From an uncultured Ruminococcus sp. (lineage in GTDB: Bacteria > Bacillota > Clostridia > Oscillospirales > CAG-272), in NCBI GenBank assembly GCA_964644445.1, contig CAZXVF010000001.1:40493-104492 (forward strand): DNA of 64,000 nucleotides, in the 5' to 3' direction. Within the stretch, counting starts at the first letter, position 1. Each line of letters begins with the position of its first letter. A model generated the notes under the pieces. The model was not told where the DNA came from. It did no database searches and was given only the letters and a program-made list of their open reading frames with translations. Below are positions 28,031 through 37,606 of this stretch, one piece after another. The position numbers and the translations under genes are program-made.

Positions 28031-30220
28031 ATGAAAAGTCAACAAGAAACAAAGGAGAAGAATTGGATACTTAAATCAAATGATGTCGAGGAAAACACCG
28101 CTGCGATAAGCGAGATATCAAAAGATCTTGGTATAAACCCGATCATTGCCAAACTTCTTTACAACCGCGGATATACAGACGTTTTATCCGCTAAATCATT
28201 CATCTATATGGAGAGCGAAATGCTTGCCAGCCCGTTTGATATGAAGGATATGACGCTCGGAATTAAAAGAGTTGAATCCGCAATTTCTAACGGAGAAAAA
28301 ATTACCGTGTACGGAGACTATGACGTTGACGGAGTTACTTCGGTCTGCACGCTGTATCTGTACCTTCGCTCAAAGGGAGCCGATATCGATTACTATATTC
28401 CGAACAGATCCGGCGAAGGTTACGGAGTATCATGCACTGCCATTGACGGCATAAAGGAACGAGGCACCGGACTTATCATTACCGTCGATACCGGAATTAC
28501 GGCAATCGAGGAGATTGAATATGCCAAAAGCATCGGCATAGACGTCGTTGTAACGGATCATCACGAATGCAGAGCGGATCTTCCCACAGCTGCCGCCGTC
28601 ATTAATCCTCACCGTCCTGATTGCACTTATCCGTTTAAGGAACTTGCAGGCGTAGGCGTCGTATTTAAGTTCATATGCGGATATGAGGAGCTTTCATCCG
28701 GAGATTCGAGAGGCAGAGTTGCGGCAAGGATATTTTCTCAATACGCCGATTTGGTTGCGATAGGAACTATAGCGGACGTAATGCCCATAAAAGGCGAAAA
28801 CAGAATAATAGTCGGATACGGTCTAAAAATGATAGAGAACACCGACCGTATAGGCTTGCGTGCCCTTATTGATGCGTCGAGCGCAAAGGGAGATGCACAA
28901 AGAAACGATAGAAAAAAGAAAAAGCCGAAGATTACGTCCGGCTACGTCGGCTATACTCTCGCACCGCGTATAAACGCTGCAGGCAGAATTAAAACCGCGT
29001 CTATGGCTGTAGAGCTATTCTTGTCCGAAGATCGTAACGAAGCGATGAAAATAGCCGAAGAGCTTTGTAAAACGAACAAGGAACGGCAAAATGAAGAAAA
29101 TTCCATAATGCAAGAAGCCTACGGCATGATCGAAAAATACGACATAGATAAGAATCCCGTTATCGTGCTTGATGCTGACAATTGGCATCACGGAGTTATC
29201 GGTATCGTCTCCTCGAGAATAACCGAAAGGTATTGCAGACCGTCTATTTTGGTTTCCTTTGACGGAAATGAAGACGACGTACCCTTTGAGGAAAACATCG
29301 GCAAGGGCTCCGGAAGAAGCGTAAAGGGAATGAATCTTGTAGACGCTTTGTGTTATTGCAGTGACCACCTCGTCAAATTCGGCGGGCACGAGCTTGCCGC
29401 GGGACTCTCGGTTAAGCGTTGTGAGCTTGATAATTTCAGAAGATTGATCAATGAATACGCTATAAAAAATCTTTCGGAAGCAGATATGGTTCCTACGCTT
29501 GAGATCGATTCGGAAATCGGGTTCTCCGACGTTACGTTGTCACTGGCAGAGGAACTTCAGATACTTGAGCCTTACGGCGTCGGAAATCCGGTGCCCGTGT
29601 TTATGATGAAGGGCGTTCAAGTAAACGAAATTTCAGGCGTCGGCGACGGTAAGCATACCAAACTTACGTTCGGTAACGGAAATCATACTCTGTCCGCAAT
29701 GTATTTTTCAAATTCGCCGGATTCAATCGACGTATACATCGGTGACAGTGTTGATATAATCTTTAATGTAGATATTAACGAGTGGGGCGGAAGAAAAAAC
29801 GTTCAGCTGATAGTCAGAGATATAAAAGCGTCCGCACATCAAAAGCAGTTGCACGCATGTGAAAAAGAGAGATTTGAGCAGATTAAGTCAGGAGACACAA
29901 TCAAGCGAGATGAAGACGTTATTCCCACGCGTGAGGATTTCGCCGTCGTTTACAGATTCCTGTTGGCAAATTTCCGCGCAGGTATAAGCAGACTGTCGCA
30001 TCGTGATATTATGTCCGGCTTATCTGCGAGCGAGCAGAGAAGGATAGGTTATGTAAAACTCAAATTCGTAATTATGGTTATGAAGGAGCTTAATATAGTC
30101 GCCCTTAACGAGCCGGAAAACGAAGTTTATACTTACAGCATTCATTATTCATCAACAAAAACCGACTTGGACAAATCAAATATTCTGCGCAAATTAAGAT
30201 CTCAGGTAGAGAAATTTTAG
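28031..30220 (+). CDS. recJ: Single-stranded-DNA-specific exonuclease RecJ
   Basis: 729 aa. DHH family motifs are present: GDYDVDGVTS, VDTGI, VVVTDHHE, and the DHHA1 motif GGHELAAG. Confidence 0.85.
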   Translation: MKSQQETKEKNWILKSNDVEENTAAISEISKDLGINPIIAKLLYNRGYTDVLSAKSFIYMESEMLASPFDMKDMTLGIKRVESAISNGEKITVYGDYDVDGVTSVCTLYLYLRSKGADIDYYIPNRSGEGYGVSCTAIDGIKERGTGLIITVDTGITAIEEIEYAKSIGIDVVVTDHHECRADLPTAAAVINPHRPDCTYPFKELAGVGVVFKFICGYEELSSGDSRGRVAARIFSQYADLVAIGTIADVMPIKGENRIIVGYGLKMIENTDRIGLRALIDASSAKGDAQRNDRKKKKPKITSGYVGYTLAPRINAAGRIKTASMAVELFLSEDRNEAMKIAEELCKTNKERQNEENSIMQEAYGMIEKYDIDKNPVIVLDADNWHHGVIGIVSSRITERYCRPSILVSFDGNEDDVPFEENIGKGSGRSVKGMNLVDALCYCSDHLVKFGGHELAAGLSVKRCELDNFRRLINEYAIKNLSEADMVPTLEIDSEIGFSDVTLSLAEELQILEPYGVGNPVPVFMMKGVQVNEISGVGDGKHTKLTFGNGNHTLSAMYFSNSPDSIDVYIGDSVDIIFNVDINEWGGRKNVQLIVRDIKASAHQKQLHACEKERFEQIKSGDTIKRDEDVIPTREDFAVVYRFLLANFRAGISRLSHRDIMSGLSASEQRRIGYVKLKFVIMVMKELNIVALNEPENEVYTYSIHYSSTKTDLDKSNILRKLRSQVEKF

Positions 30221-30239
30221 TCAATTTACGGTAAAATAT

Positions 30240-32453
30240 ATGTACGAAGAATTACAGCCTCTTCTCGGTGTGATTGAAAAAAACGAGAAGAATTACGATA
30301 TAGAAAAAATTAAGCGAGCATTTCTGTATGCGGCAAAGCTGCACGAAGGACAGTTTAGACTTAGCGGCGAACCGTATATAAGTCATCCGGTAGAGGTAGC
30401 AAAAATCGTCGCAGAATTAGGACTTGATACGGATTCTATATGCGCCGCCCTGCTTCACGATACCGTAGAAGATTGCTCCGATAAAACCAACCTCGATACG
30501 ATTTCGAAAATGTTCGGGGGCGAGGTATCGATGCTCGTTGACGGTTTGACGAAGATTATTCAGGTTCAGGTCGCAGATAAGGAAGAAGCTCATATAGAGA
30601 ATATCCGCAAAATGCTTTTGGCTATGAACCGCGATATCCGTGTTATCTTCATAAAACTTTGCGACCGACTTCACAACATGAGAACTCTTTCGGCAAAAAA
30701 AGAAGATCGCCAAAGAGCAATCGCGTTGGAAACTATGTATATATACGCTCCTTTGGCTCACCGCCTCGGTATCCAAAAGATCAAGCAGGAGCTTGAAAAT
30801 ATAAGTCTCTATTATCTTGATAACGTCGGATACGAGGAGGTTCACGAGGCGATAGATAAAAAGTACGGTCAAAGCAGAGAATTTATAGAAGATGCAAAGC
30901 GTACCATTTCAGATAAGCTGCATGAAAACGGAATAAATTTCAGACTTGAGGGAAGAGTAAAGTCCGTTTACAGTTTGTACAGAAAAATGTACACCTTCAA
31001 TAAATCCTTTGATGAAATTTATGATTTTTATGCCGTAAGGATTATAGTGGAAACGGAACTGGAGTGCTATACGGCTCTCGGACTCGTTCACGAAATGTTC
31101 AAGTCTATTCCCGGCAGATTCAAGGATTACATTTCTACTCCGAAGCCCAACCTCTATCGCTCTTTGCACACGACTGTCATAGGAAACTCAGGTATACCCT
31201 TTGAGGTGCAAATAAGAACCAGAGAGATGCATGAGGAGGCAGAATACGGTATTGCGGCGCACTGGAAATATAAATCCGGCGAGCGCTCGTCGCGTAGCTT
31301 TGACGATAAACTCAGATGGATATCACAGCTTTTGGAATCCGATGAAAGCACCAGAGATCCTGATGAATTTATCCACTCGTTCAAGACCGATATTTTCCAC
31401 GACGAAACCTTCGTTTTCACTCCGAAAGGTGACGTTATTTCACTCCCGCAGGGATCTACTACGATAGATTTCGCATATGCGATACATTCCGCCGTCGGAA
31501 ACAAAATGATGGGGGCAAAAATAAACGGTGTGATCGTTCCGATTGACAGAGTTCCTCATAACGGCGATATAATCGAAGTAATAACGTCCCAGTCCTCAAA
31601 AGGTCCAAGCCGCGATTGGCTGAAGATCGTTAAAACGGGACAGGCAAGAAGCAAGATCCGTCAATGGTTTAAAAAAGAGAAGCGTTCTGAGAATATCGAG
31701 GTAGGTCGTGCCGAGGTAGAGCGTGAATTCAAGCGTATAAATAAAAATTGCACAGATGCGGAAATAAACGAGATTATCACTCTTATTGCCAAGCGCATAG
31801 GCATAAATAACGCAGACGATTTTTATAATACGCTGGGATTCGGCGGAATAACGCTTCAAAGATTCATTCCGAAAATAAAAGAGGAGATAGAAAAGCTTCA
31901 CGCTGAGGACGATCCAATATCGCTCACTGCCGAGGACGAACTTTCAAGGGTAAAAATTAATACCGCAAAGCGAACGAAATCGTCCAACGGAATTATCATC
32001 GACGGTGAGCCCGGCTGTCAGGTGAAGTTTGCACGATGCTGTAATCCGCTTCCCGGTGACAGAATAGTCGGATTTATCACGAGAGGCTTCGGCGTTTCCA
32101 TTCACAAATCCGATTGTCCAAACGTTATACAGTCAAGGCATAACGAAGAAAATTTGGCGCGTTGGGTTAAGGCAGAATGGGAAAAATCCGCTGCGGAATC
32201 GAGAAATGATATATACGAAGCGTCAATTCAGGTCGTTGCGGAGGATGGAATCGGTGTAATTGCCGGTATTTCCGCAGTATTGGCAGATATGAAGGTCTCA
32301 ATTTCACAGATTAACACAGTTCCGTTGAAGAGCGGTGATATGGCAATCAATATCGTGGTTGGATGCAGAAATATATCCCATTACGATTTGATAGTTTCAA
32401 GGTTGAAGAACGTAAATAAGGTCATCTCTGTAAGCAGAGGATTTTCCAACTGA
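30240..32453 (+). CDS. relA: Bifunctional (p)ppGpp synthetase/hydrolase (RelA/SpoT homologue, Rel)
   Basis: 737 aa. It has an HD hydrolase domain (HPVEVA...LHDTVED), a synthetase block (YRSLHTTV) and TGS and ACT-like C-terminal domains. Confidence 0.9.
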   Translation: MYEELQPLLGVIEKNEKNYDIEKIKRAFLYAAKLHEGQFRLSGEPYISHPVEVAKIVAELGLDTDSICAALLHDTVEDCSDKTNLDTISKMFGGEVSMLVDGLTKIIQVQVADKEEAHIENIRKMLLAMNRDIRVIFIKLCDRLHNMRTLSAKKEDRQRAIALETMYIYAPLAHRLGIQKIKQELENISLYYLDNVGYEEVHEAIDKKYGQSREFIEDAKRTISDKLHENGINFRLEGRVKSVYSLYRKMYTFNKSFDEIYDFYAVRIIVETELECYTALGLVHEMFKSIPGRFKDYISTPKPNLYRSLHTTVIGNSGIPFEVQIRTREMHEEAEYGIAAHWKYKSGERSSRSFDDKLRWISQLLESDESTRDPDEFIHSFKTDIFHDETFVFTPKGDVISLPQGSTTIDFAYAIHSAVGNKMMGAKINGVIVPIDRVPHNGDIIEVITSQSSKGPSRDWLKIVKTGQARSKIRQWFKKEKRSENIEVGRAEVEREFKRINKNCTDAEINEIITLIAKRIGINNADDFYNTLGFGGITLQRFIPKIKEEIEKLHAEDDPISLTAEDELSRVKINTAKRTKSSNGIIIDGEPGCQVKFARCCNPLPGDRIVGFITRGFGVSIHKSDCPNVIQSRHNEENLARWVKAEWEKSAAESRNDIYEASIQVVAEDGIGVIAGISAVLADMKVSISQINTVPLKSGDMAINIVVGCRNISHYDLIVSRLKNVNKVISVSRGFSN

Positions 32454-32473
32454 GTTCTCGGAGGTATAGATAG

Positions 32474-32941
32474 TTGATAGCAGTTATTCAAAGAGTAAAG
32501 GAAGCCGCAGTCGTTGCCGACGGTATATTATCCGGCAAGATAGGAATCGGTTTGTATATACTTTTAGGCGTCGAAAAAAACGACACGGAAAGTGATTCTG
32601 TTGCACTGGCTGAAAAGATATCAAAGCTCAGAATATTTTCGGACGAAGCAGGAAAAATGAATTTATCGGTTCGCGATGTCGGAGGTGAAGTCCTTTCGGT
32701 ATCGAATTTCACCCTTAACGCCAATTACGCACACGGAAACAGACCGGACTATTTTAATTCGGCAAATCCTGATATTGCGAAAGAATTATACCATCGTTTT
32801 AATTCTGAAATTTCAAAATTACTCGGAAAATGCGAGGCAGGAGTATTCGGTGCCGATATGCAAACGGAAATGATAACGGACGGCCCCGTTACCATAGTTA
32901 TGGATTCCCGTATTCTGTTAAAAAGGGGTGACGTGATATGA
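32474..32941 (+). CDS. dtd: D-aminoacyl-tRNA deacylase
   Basis: 155 aa. It uses a TTG start after a GGAGG RBS. The sequence runs MIAVIQRVKEAAV...SNFTL...GPVTI. Confidence 0.85.
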   Translation: MIAVIQRVKEAAVVADGILSGKIGIGLYILLGVEKNDTESDSVALAEKISKLRIFSDEAGKMNLSVRDVGGEVLSVSNFTLNANYAHGNRPDYFNSANPDIAKELYHRFNSEISKLLGKCEAGVFGADMQTEMITDGPVTIVMDSRILLKRGDVI

Positions 32942-34452
32942 TTCTAAAAATAAACGGCGATATTAATCGTTACTACGTCCAAACTCTATGCATGATATTC
33001 TTCCCGGGTGCCACCTTTGGTGAAAACGAGCAGCCCGGTGACGGAGTTCCCGAGGTCACCGTTAATATTTTCCCCTCGGACGAAGCGGTGCGCGCAAGCG
33101 TTATAATCAAACTGAACGATACTATGTCATCGGCATCGAGTACCGTGTGGCTGACCGAGGAAATAACTATTGCCACCCATGCATCTCTCGCCGTAGGCAG
33201 AGCACTGTTTGCGGCAGGCAAGGAGCTTTTAGGTCACATTCCGCCTTGGGGTATATTAACAGGTGTTCGTCCCGCCAAGGTAGCAGGCTCGTTGATTGCT
33301 TCCGGTAGAGGTATATTGAAAACGAAAAAGATATTACGCGATGAGTATCTCTTAAATCCGCAAAAAGCAGCTTTAGCAACCGCTGTTGCAAATACGGAAA
33401 GAAAAATTACGAAAAAAATGCCTCCTAATACGTGCTCGCTCTATGTTTCCATTCCGTTTTGTCCTACGAGATGTGCATACTGCAGCTTCGTTTCGTATAC
33501 TACACCGAGATTGTTGTCTATGATAGGAGACTATTTAGATGCGTTGCTGATAGATCTCGAGGATACGTTCGATACGATAGAAAAACTCGGTATGGAGATA
33601 AATACCGTTTACATAGGTGGTGGAACACCGACTACTCTTACTCCGGAACAGTTAGAGCGCCTTTTCGCAAAAATATCCGAGCATGTAAACGTTGAATCGC
33701 TTCAGGAATTTACTCTCGAAGCGGGACGCCCCGATACCATTACTCAAGAAAAAATCGACGTTGCTATCAAATACGGCGTAACTCGCATCAGTGTAAATCC
33801 TCAGACGCTTAACGACGATATTCTTCGCGATATAGGAAGAAAGCACACAACCGCGGATTTTTATAAAGCGTACGAGCTGGTGAAAAGGAGCGGTATAAGA
33901 GATATCAACGTTGACTTGATAGCGGGACTTCCCGGAGACGATTTTAAGAATTTCTCCGAAACGATAGATTCCGTTATCGAGCTTGCACCAACGAATATAA
34001 CCGTACATACCTTCTGCGTCAAAAAAGCATCTGATGCACTCAGAAACAATTCCGAGGTCTATTCTCTGAGCGGCGGTGATGCCGCAAAAAGCGTGTCTTA
34101 TTCTCAGCTGAAGACGAAATTTGCCGGATACAGACCGTACTATATGTACAGACAAAAAAACACGGTCGGAAATTTGGAAAACGTCGGTTTTTCATTAGAA
34201 GGGCACGAGGGCTTATATAATATATATATGATGGAAGAGATACAGACGATTTTTGCCGTAGGAGCAGGTGCGGTAACTAAGCTCGTTAAGCGCAAGGACG
34301 GTAAAAACGGTGAAGCCGAAACTATCATAAAGAGACTTTTCAAACCGAAGTATCCGTACGAATATCTGAGAAATTCGGCTTCAGATACCGAAGGACTTGA
34401 CGATAAGAACGAAAAGAGAAAATCGGAAATATTTGATTTCTTTTCGAATTAA
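32938..34452 (+). CDS. hemZ: Radical SAM coproporphyrinogen-III-oxidase-like protein (HemZ/HemN family)
   Basis: 504 aa. The radical SAM cluster motif is CPTRCAYCSF, followed by GGGTPT. The start overlaps the dtd stop (ATGA). Confidence 0.7.
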   Translation: MILKINGDINRYYVQTLCMIFFPGATFGENEQPGDGVPEVTVNIFPSDEAVRASVIIKLNDTMSSASSTVWLTEEITIATHASLAVGRALFAAGKELLGHIPPWGILTGVRPAKVAGSLIASGRGILKTKKILRDEYLLNPQKAALATAVANTERKITKKMPPNTCSLYVSIPFCPTRCAYCSFVSYTTPRLLSMIGDYLDALLIDLEDTFDTIEKLGMEINTVYIGGGTPTTLTPEQLERLFAKISEHVNVESLQEFTLEAGRPDTITQEKIDVAIKYGVTRISVNPQTLNDDILRDIGRKHTTADFYKAYELVKRSGIRDINVDLIAGLPGDDFKNFSETIDSVIELAPTNITVHTFCVKKASDALRNNSEVYSLSGGDAAKSVSYSQLKTKFAGYRPYYMYRQKNTVGNLENVGFSLEGHEGLYNIYMMEEIQTIFAVGAGAVTKLVKRKDGKNGEAETIIKRLFKPKYPYEYLRNSASDTEGLDDKNEKRKSEIFDFFSN

Positions 34453-34474
34453 CTCCCCTTAGATAATAATTTTA

Positions 34475-34510
34475 AAGACTCGCTAATAAAATACAGTGAG
34501 TCTTTTTTAT
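34475..34510 (+). terminator. Rho-independent terminator after the hemZ-like gene
   Basis: AAGACTCGC ... GTGAGTCTT stem with one G-U pair, followed by TTTTTAT. Confidence 0.7.
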
Positions 34511-34521
34511 TTGGAGGAAAA

Positions 34522-36087
34522 ATGCGGGAAAAAACGAAATTCGGCAATCGGATATTGGAAGGGGCGGTCTCGCTTACCGTTGCTACGGTTATAGTCAAGC
34601 TTTTGGGGGCAGTGTATAAAATACCATTAGCTCATATTCTAGGCGAGGAGGGAATGGGATACTTTAATTCGGCGTATACCGTATACTCCTTCTTTTATCT
34701 GCTTTGTACAGCGGGTGTTCCGAAGGCGATAATGATTCTGGTCGGTAATGCACGAAATGAAAATGATGCCGACGCGGTGAACTCAATAGTAAAAACCGCA
34801 TTTTGCTTTTTCGCAGTAAGCGGAGCGGTTATTACACTTATATTTACGCTCGGCTCTGCGCATCTGTCCGAAATCATCGGAAGCAAAAATTCGTATAAAT
34901 CGATGCTAGCAATAGCACCGTCCATACTTTTAGTATCCGTCAGTGGTGTACTACGCGGATATTTAAGTGCAGACGAAAAATTCATACATATTGCCGTATC
35001 TCAAATTGTAGACGGAGCGGGCAGGCTGGTGCTGGGACTTCTCTTTGCAGATATCGCAGATAAAATGTGCATGCCGTTGAACACGGTTTCCGCATTTACG
35101 ATATTCGGAGCGACTTGCGGCTCGCTACTAGGGCTAATTTATCTTTTGATAAGCTCTAATAAGTTGGAATTACATAATAAAACGCGGCAGATTTTGCGAA
35201 AGAGCGCATCAAATGTGATAAAAAGAGTGCTGAAAATATCATTTCCCATTACTGTCAGCGCTGCAGTAATGAGTATCACCAATATGATAGATCTGAGCTT
35301 GATAATGCGCAGATTGCTTTCTCTCGGGTATTCCGAATCCGAAGCAACGGCTTTATACGGAAACTACACCACGTATGCGACTCCGATCTTTAATATGCTC
35401 CTTTCGCTCATTACGTCAATTACGATCGTATTCTTTCCCCAACTGATCAAGGAAAAAAGAGTACGTCTGAATTTTTCAAAAGTGCTGGAGCAAGAGCTTT
35501 CCTTGATATTTTTCTTTGCTGTTCCGGCAACTCTCGGTACGTGCCTGTATTCACGGCAAATATTATACTTGCTTTTCGGTAGCGACGGGATAGAAGTCGG
35601 CGCCGTGCTTTTGAGTTATTTGTCCGTTTCTTTGATTTTTGCCGTTCCGTTGATAGTGATTAATTCCGCATTGGAGGCAAAGGGAAAAATAAAAGCGCCA
35701 ATGATATCTATGCTGGTCGGCAGTGCGGTTAAAGTGTTGGTAAGTTATTTCCTAATAGGCAACTCAAGGTTCGGTATCATCGGTGCGCCTCTCGGAACCG
35801 CATGCTCCTACGCGGTGGCTCTGATTATATCATTTGCTGTTTTGCAGAAGTGCGCGCGCCCGTGCGTCTCCCTTTATAAATCCCTTATTTTACCGAGCAT
35901 TAACTCAATTATAGCCGTAGGAGGAATTTACGTCATTTATCTGCGTTTTTGCAACGATGAGAGTAATATTGCCTTTATTTTTACCGTTATCGTAACGGTA
36001 ACTGCATATTTTCTCGTAAGCAACGCCGTAAAGGTTGAAGGAAGAACGTGGTACGTAAAAAAGCAAAATGCACAAAGAAACGCCTGA
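34522..36087 (+). CDS. MOP-superfamily flippase (MurJ/SpoVB/YabM-like polysaccharide biosynthesis protein)
   Basis: 521 aa and polytopic (about 14 TM). The N-terminal VKLLGAVYKIPLAHILGEEGMGYFNSAY is typical of the family. Its position upstream of yabO/yabP/yabQ mirrors Bacillus yabM. Confidence 0.7.
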   Translation: MREKTKFGNRILEGAVSLTVATVIVKLLGAVYKIPLAHILGEEGMGYFNSAYTVYSFFYLLCTAGVPKAIMILVGNARNENDADAVNSIVKTAFCFFAVSGAVITLIFTLGSAHLSEIIGSKNSYKSMLAIAPSILLVSVSGVLRGYLSADEKFIHIAVSQIVDGAGRLVLGLLFADIADKMCMPLNTVSAFTIFGATCGSLLGLIYLLISSNKLELHNKTRQILRKSASNVIKRVLKISFPITVSAAVMSITNMIDLSLIMRRLLSLGYSESEATALYGNYTTYATPIFNMLLSLITSITIVFFPQLIKEKRVRLNFSKVLEQELSLIFFFAVPATLGTCLYSRQILYLLFGSDGIEVGAVLLSYLSVSLIFAVPLIVINSALEAKGKIKAPMISMLVGSAVKVLVSYFLIGNSRFGIIGAPLGTACSYAVALIISFAVLQKCARPCVSLYKSLILPSINSIIAVGGIYVIYLRFCNDESNIAFIFTVIVTVTAYFLVSNAVKVEGRTWYVKKQNAQRNA

Positions 36088-36144
36088 ATATATATTAATT
36101 TTTGCTAAAACTTATTCCGTTCATAAAAAATAATTGGCCGCTTC

Positions 36145-36173
36145 TTGAATTTGCATCCGAAAGATGGTATAAT
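36145..36173 (+). promoter_or_regulatory. Sigma-A promoter for hup
   Basis: TTGAAT (36145..36150), 17 nt, TATAAT (36168..36173). Confidence 0.55.
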
Positions 36174-36205
36174 AAATATGCAATTTTTTTGAAAGGATGT
36201 ATAAT

Positions 36206-36481
36206 ATGAATAAGACAGATCTTATTAACGTTGTAGTAGCCGAGGCTAACGTCAGTGAAAAGGATGCGAAGAGCGTTGTCAATGCTACCTTATCTGCAAT
36301 CGCGAATGCCCTCAAGGAAGGAGATAAGATTCAGCTTTTGGGCTTCGGTACGTTTGAAGTTAAGGGCGTAAAGGAAAAGGACGGAAGAAACCCAAAAACA
36401 GGCGATACCATTAAAATCGAAGCACATAACAAGGTTCATTTCACTCCCGCGCAAGCGCTTAAGGATCATATCAACGGCTAA
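36206..36481 (+). CDS. hup: Nucleoid protein HU
   Basis: MNKTDLINVVA...GFGTFEVKGVKEKDGRNPKTGDTIKIEAHNKVHFTPAQALKD is a canonical HU/IHF fold sequence. I prefer the ATG at 36206 over 36197. Confidence 0.9.
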   Translation: MNKTDLINVVVAEANVSEKDAKSVVNATLSAIANALKEGDKIQLLGFGTFEVKGVKEKDGRNPKTGDTIKIEAHNKVHFTPAQALKDHING

Positions 36482-36484
36482 AAT

Positions 36485-36739
36485 ATGCGACTTGATAAAT
36501 TCTTAAAGGTCTCTCGCCTCATTAAAAGACGCACCGTAGCGAATGAAGCGTGTGACGGTGAGCGTATAACCGTAAACGGAAAAGTCCAAAAAGCGTCGTA
36601 CAACGTAAAAGTGGGAGATGAAATAACGGTCGCCTTCGGTTCAAAATCCGTAACCGTTAGAGTACTTGAAATAAAGGAGACTACGAAAAAAGCCGAAGCG
36701 GTCGGTATGTATGAGGTTATCTCCGAGAGCAATTCATAA
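36485..36739 (+). CDS. yabO: S4-domain RNA-binding protein (YabO-like)
   Basis: 84 aa. MRLDKFLKVSRLIKRRTVANEACDGERITVNGKVQKASYNVKVGDEI is an S4 domain. It is syntenic with yabP/yabQ. Confidence 0.75.
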   Translation: MRLDKFLKVSRLIKRRTVANEACDGERITVNGKVQKASYNVKVGDEITVAFGSKSVTVRVLEIKETTKKAEAVGMYEVISESNS

Positions 36740-36798
36740 AAAAATATTTTTTCGCATACTTTCTTAGTAGGGAGTATGCGTTTTTTATTGGAGGAAAT

Positions 36799-37050
36799 AT
36801 GAGTTCTTTAATTACGATAACCGATATGAGCCGAATAACGTTGAACGGAGTTGAATACATCATCGGGTTCGATGGGACGTGCGTTGCGCTTGCTACGAGC
36901 ATGGGCAGAATAATGATTGAAGGTAAGGATCTGAAGATTGAAAGCCTTGAAAAAAAGGAAGGCCTGATAACTGTAACGGGAAGTATACGCGGCACCTTTA
37001 TATCCGAAAAAAATGCTGAAGCCGGATTCTTAAAAAGGATATTTAAATGA
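36799..37050 (+). CDS. yabP: Sporulation protein YabP
   Basis: 83 aa. ITLNGVEYIIGFDGTCVALATSMGRIMIEGKDLKIESLEKKEGLITVTGSI is YabP-like. Confidence 0.7.
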   Translation: MSSLITITDMSRITLNGVEYIIGFDGTCVALATSMGRIMIEGKDLKIESLEKKEGLITVTGSIRGTFISEKNAEAGFLKRIFK

Positions 37051-37442
37051 TTCCTTTTACCGTTAAAGAAATACTAATATCGATTTTATCTGCCACGGTA
37101 TATGGACTGTTTTTCGCATTTTCAACACTTTTTATTGATCTGATAAAGTGTTGCATCGCCAGGCTTTTATACTTAGTGATGCGTTGGCTGAAGCTTGAAA
37201 AAAGAACTCCAGCCGATATAAAAGGATCTTTGAAATTCGGCAAATGCGGCGGCGTCGCGGTTTTTATCCGCGTTTTGCTGTTTTTTATAGGCTTTACCGT
37301 GATATCATACGCGTTTTTAGATGGGTGCATACGACTTTATATGATTGTGTTTTCTGTTCTGGGTGCATCACTTGGCAGGCGCGCAATAAAATTTATCGTG
37401 AAGCTGTTTACAAGTGCTGACCGCCGTTTCCGAAAGCAATAA
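37047..37442 (+). CDS. yabQ: Spore cortex biosynthesis membrane protein YabQ-like
   Basis: 131 aa membrane protein. Its start overlaps the yabP stop (ATGA). The call is positional and topological only. Confidence 0.5.
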   Translation: MIPFTVKEILISILSATVYGLFFAFSTLFIDLIKCCIARLLYLVMRWLKLEKRTPADIKGSLKFGKCGGVAVFIRVLLFFIGFTVISYAFLDGCIRLYMIVFSVLGASLGRRAIKFIVKLFTSADRRFRKQ

Positions 37443-37529
37443 CCGAATATCTTGCATCTGCGTAGCCGAACGGCAGTAAAAGTTCTTTGTGCAAAAAATC
37501 GAAATGAAAACTATTGCGTTCGGAATGTC

Positions 37530-37558
37530 TTGACAAAATAAATATTTAGTATTATAAT
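37530..37558 (+). promoter_or_regulatory. Consensus sigma-A promoter for the glg operon
   Basis: TTGACA (37530..37535), 17 nt, TATAAT (37553..37558). Confidence 0.6.
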
Positions 37559-37606
37559 TACTATAGTCACTATATGGCACTCACTTATCATTTTCATGGA
37601 GGTATT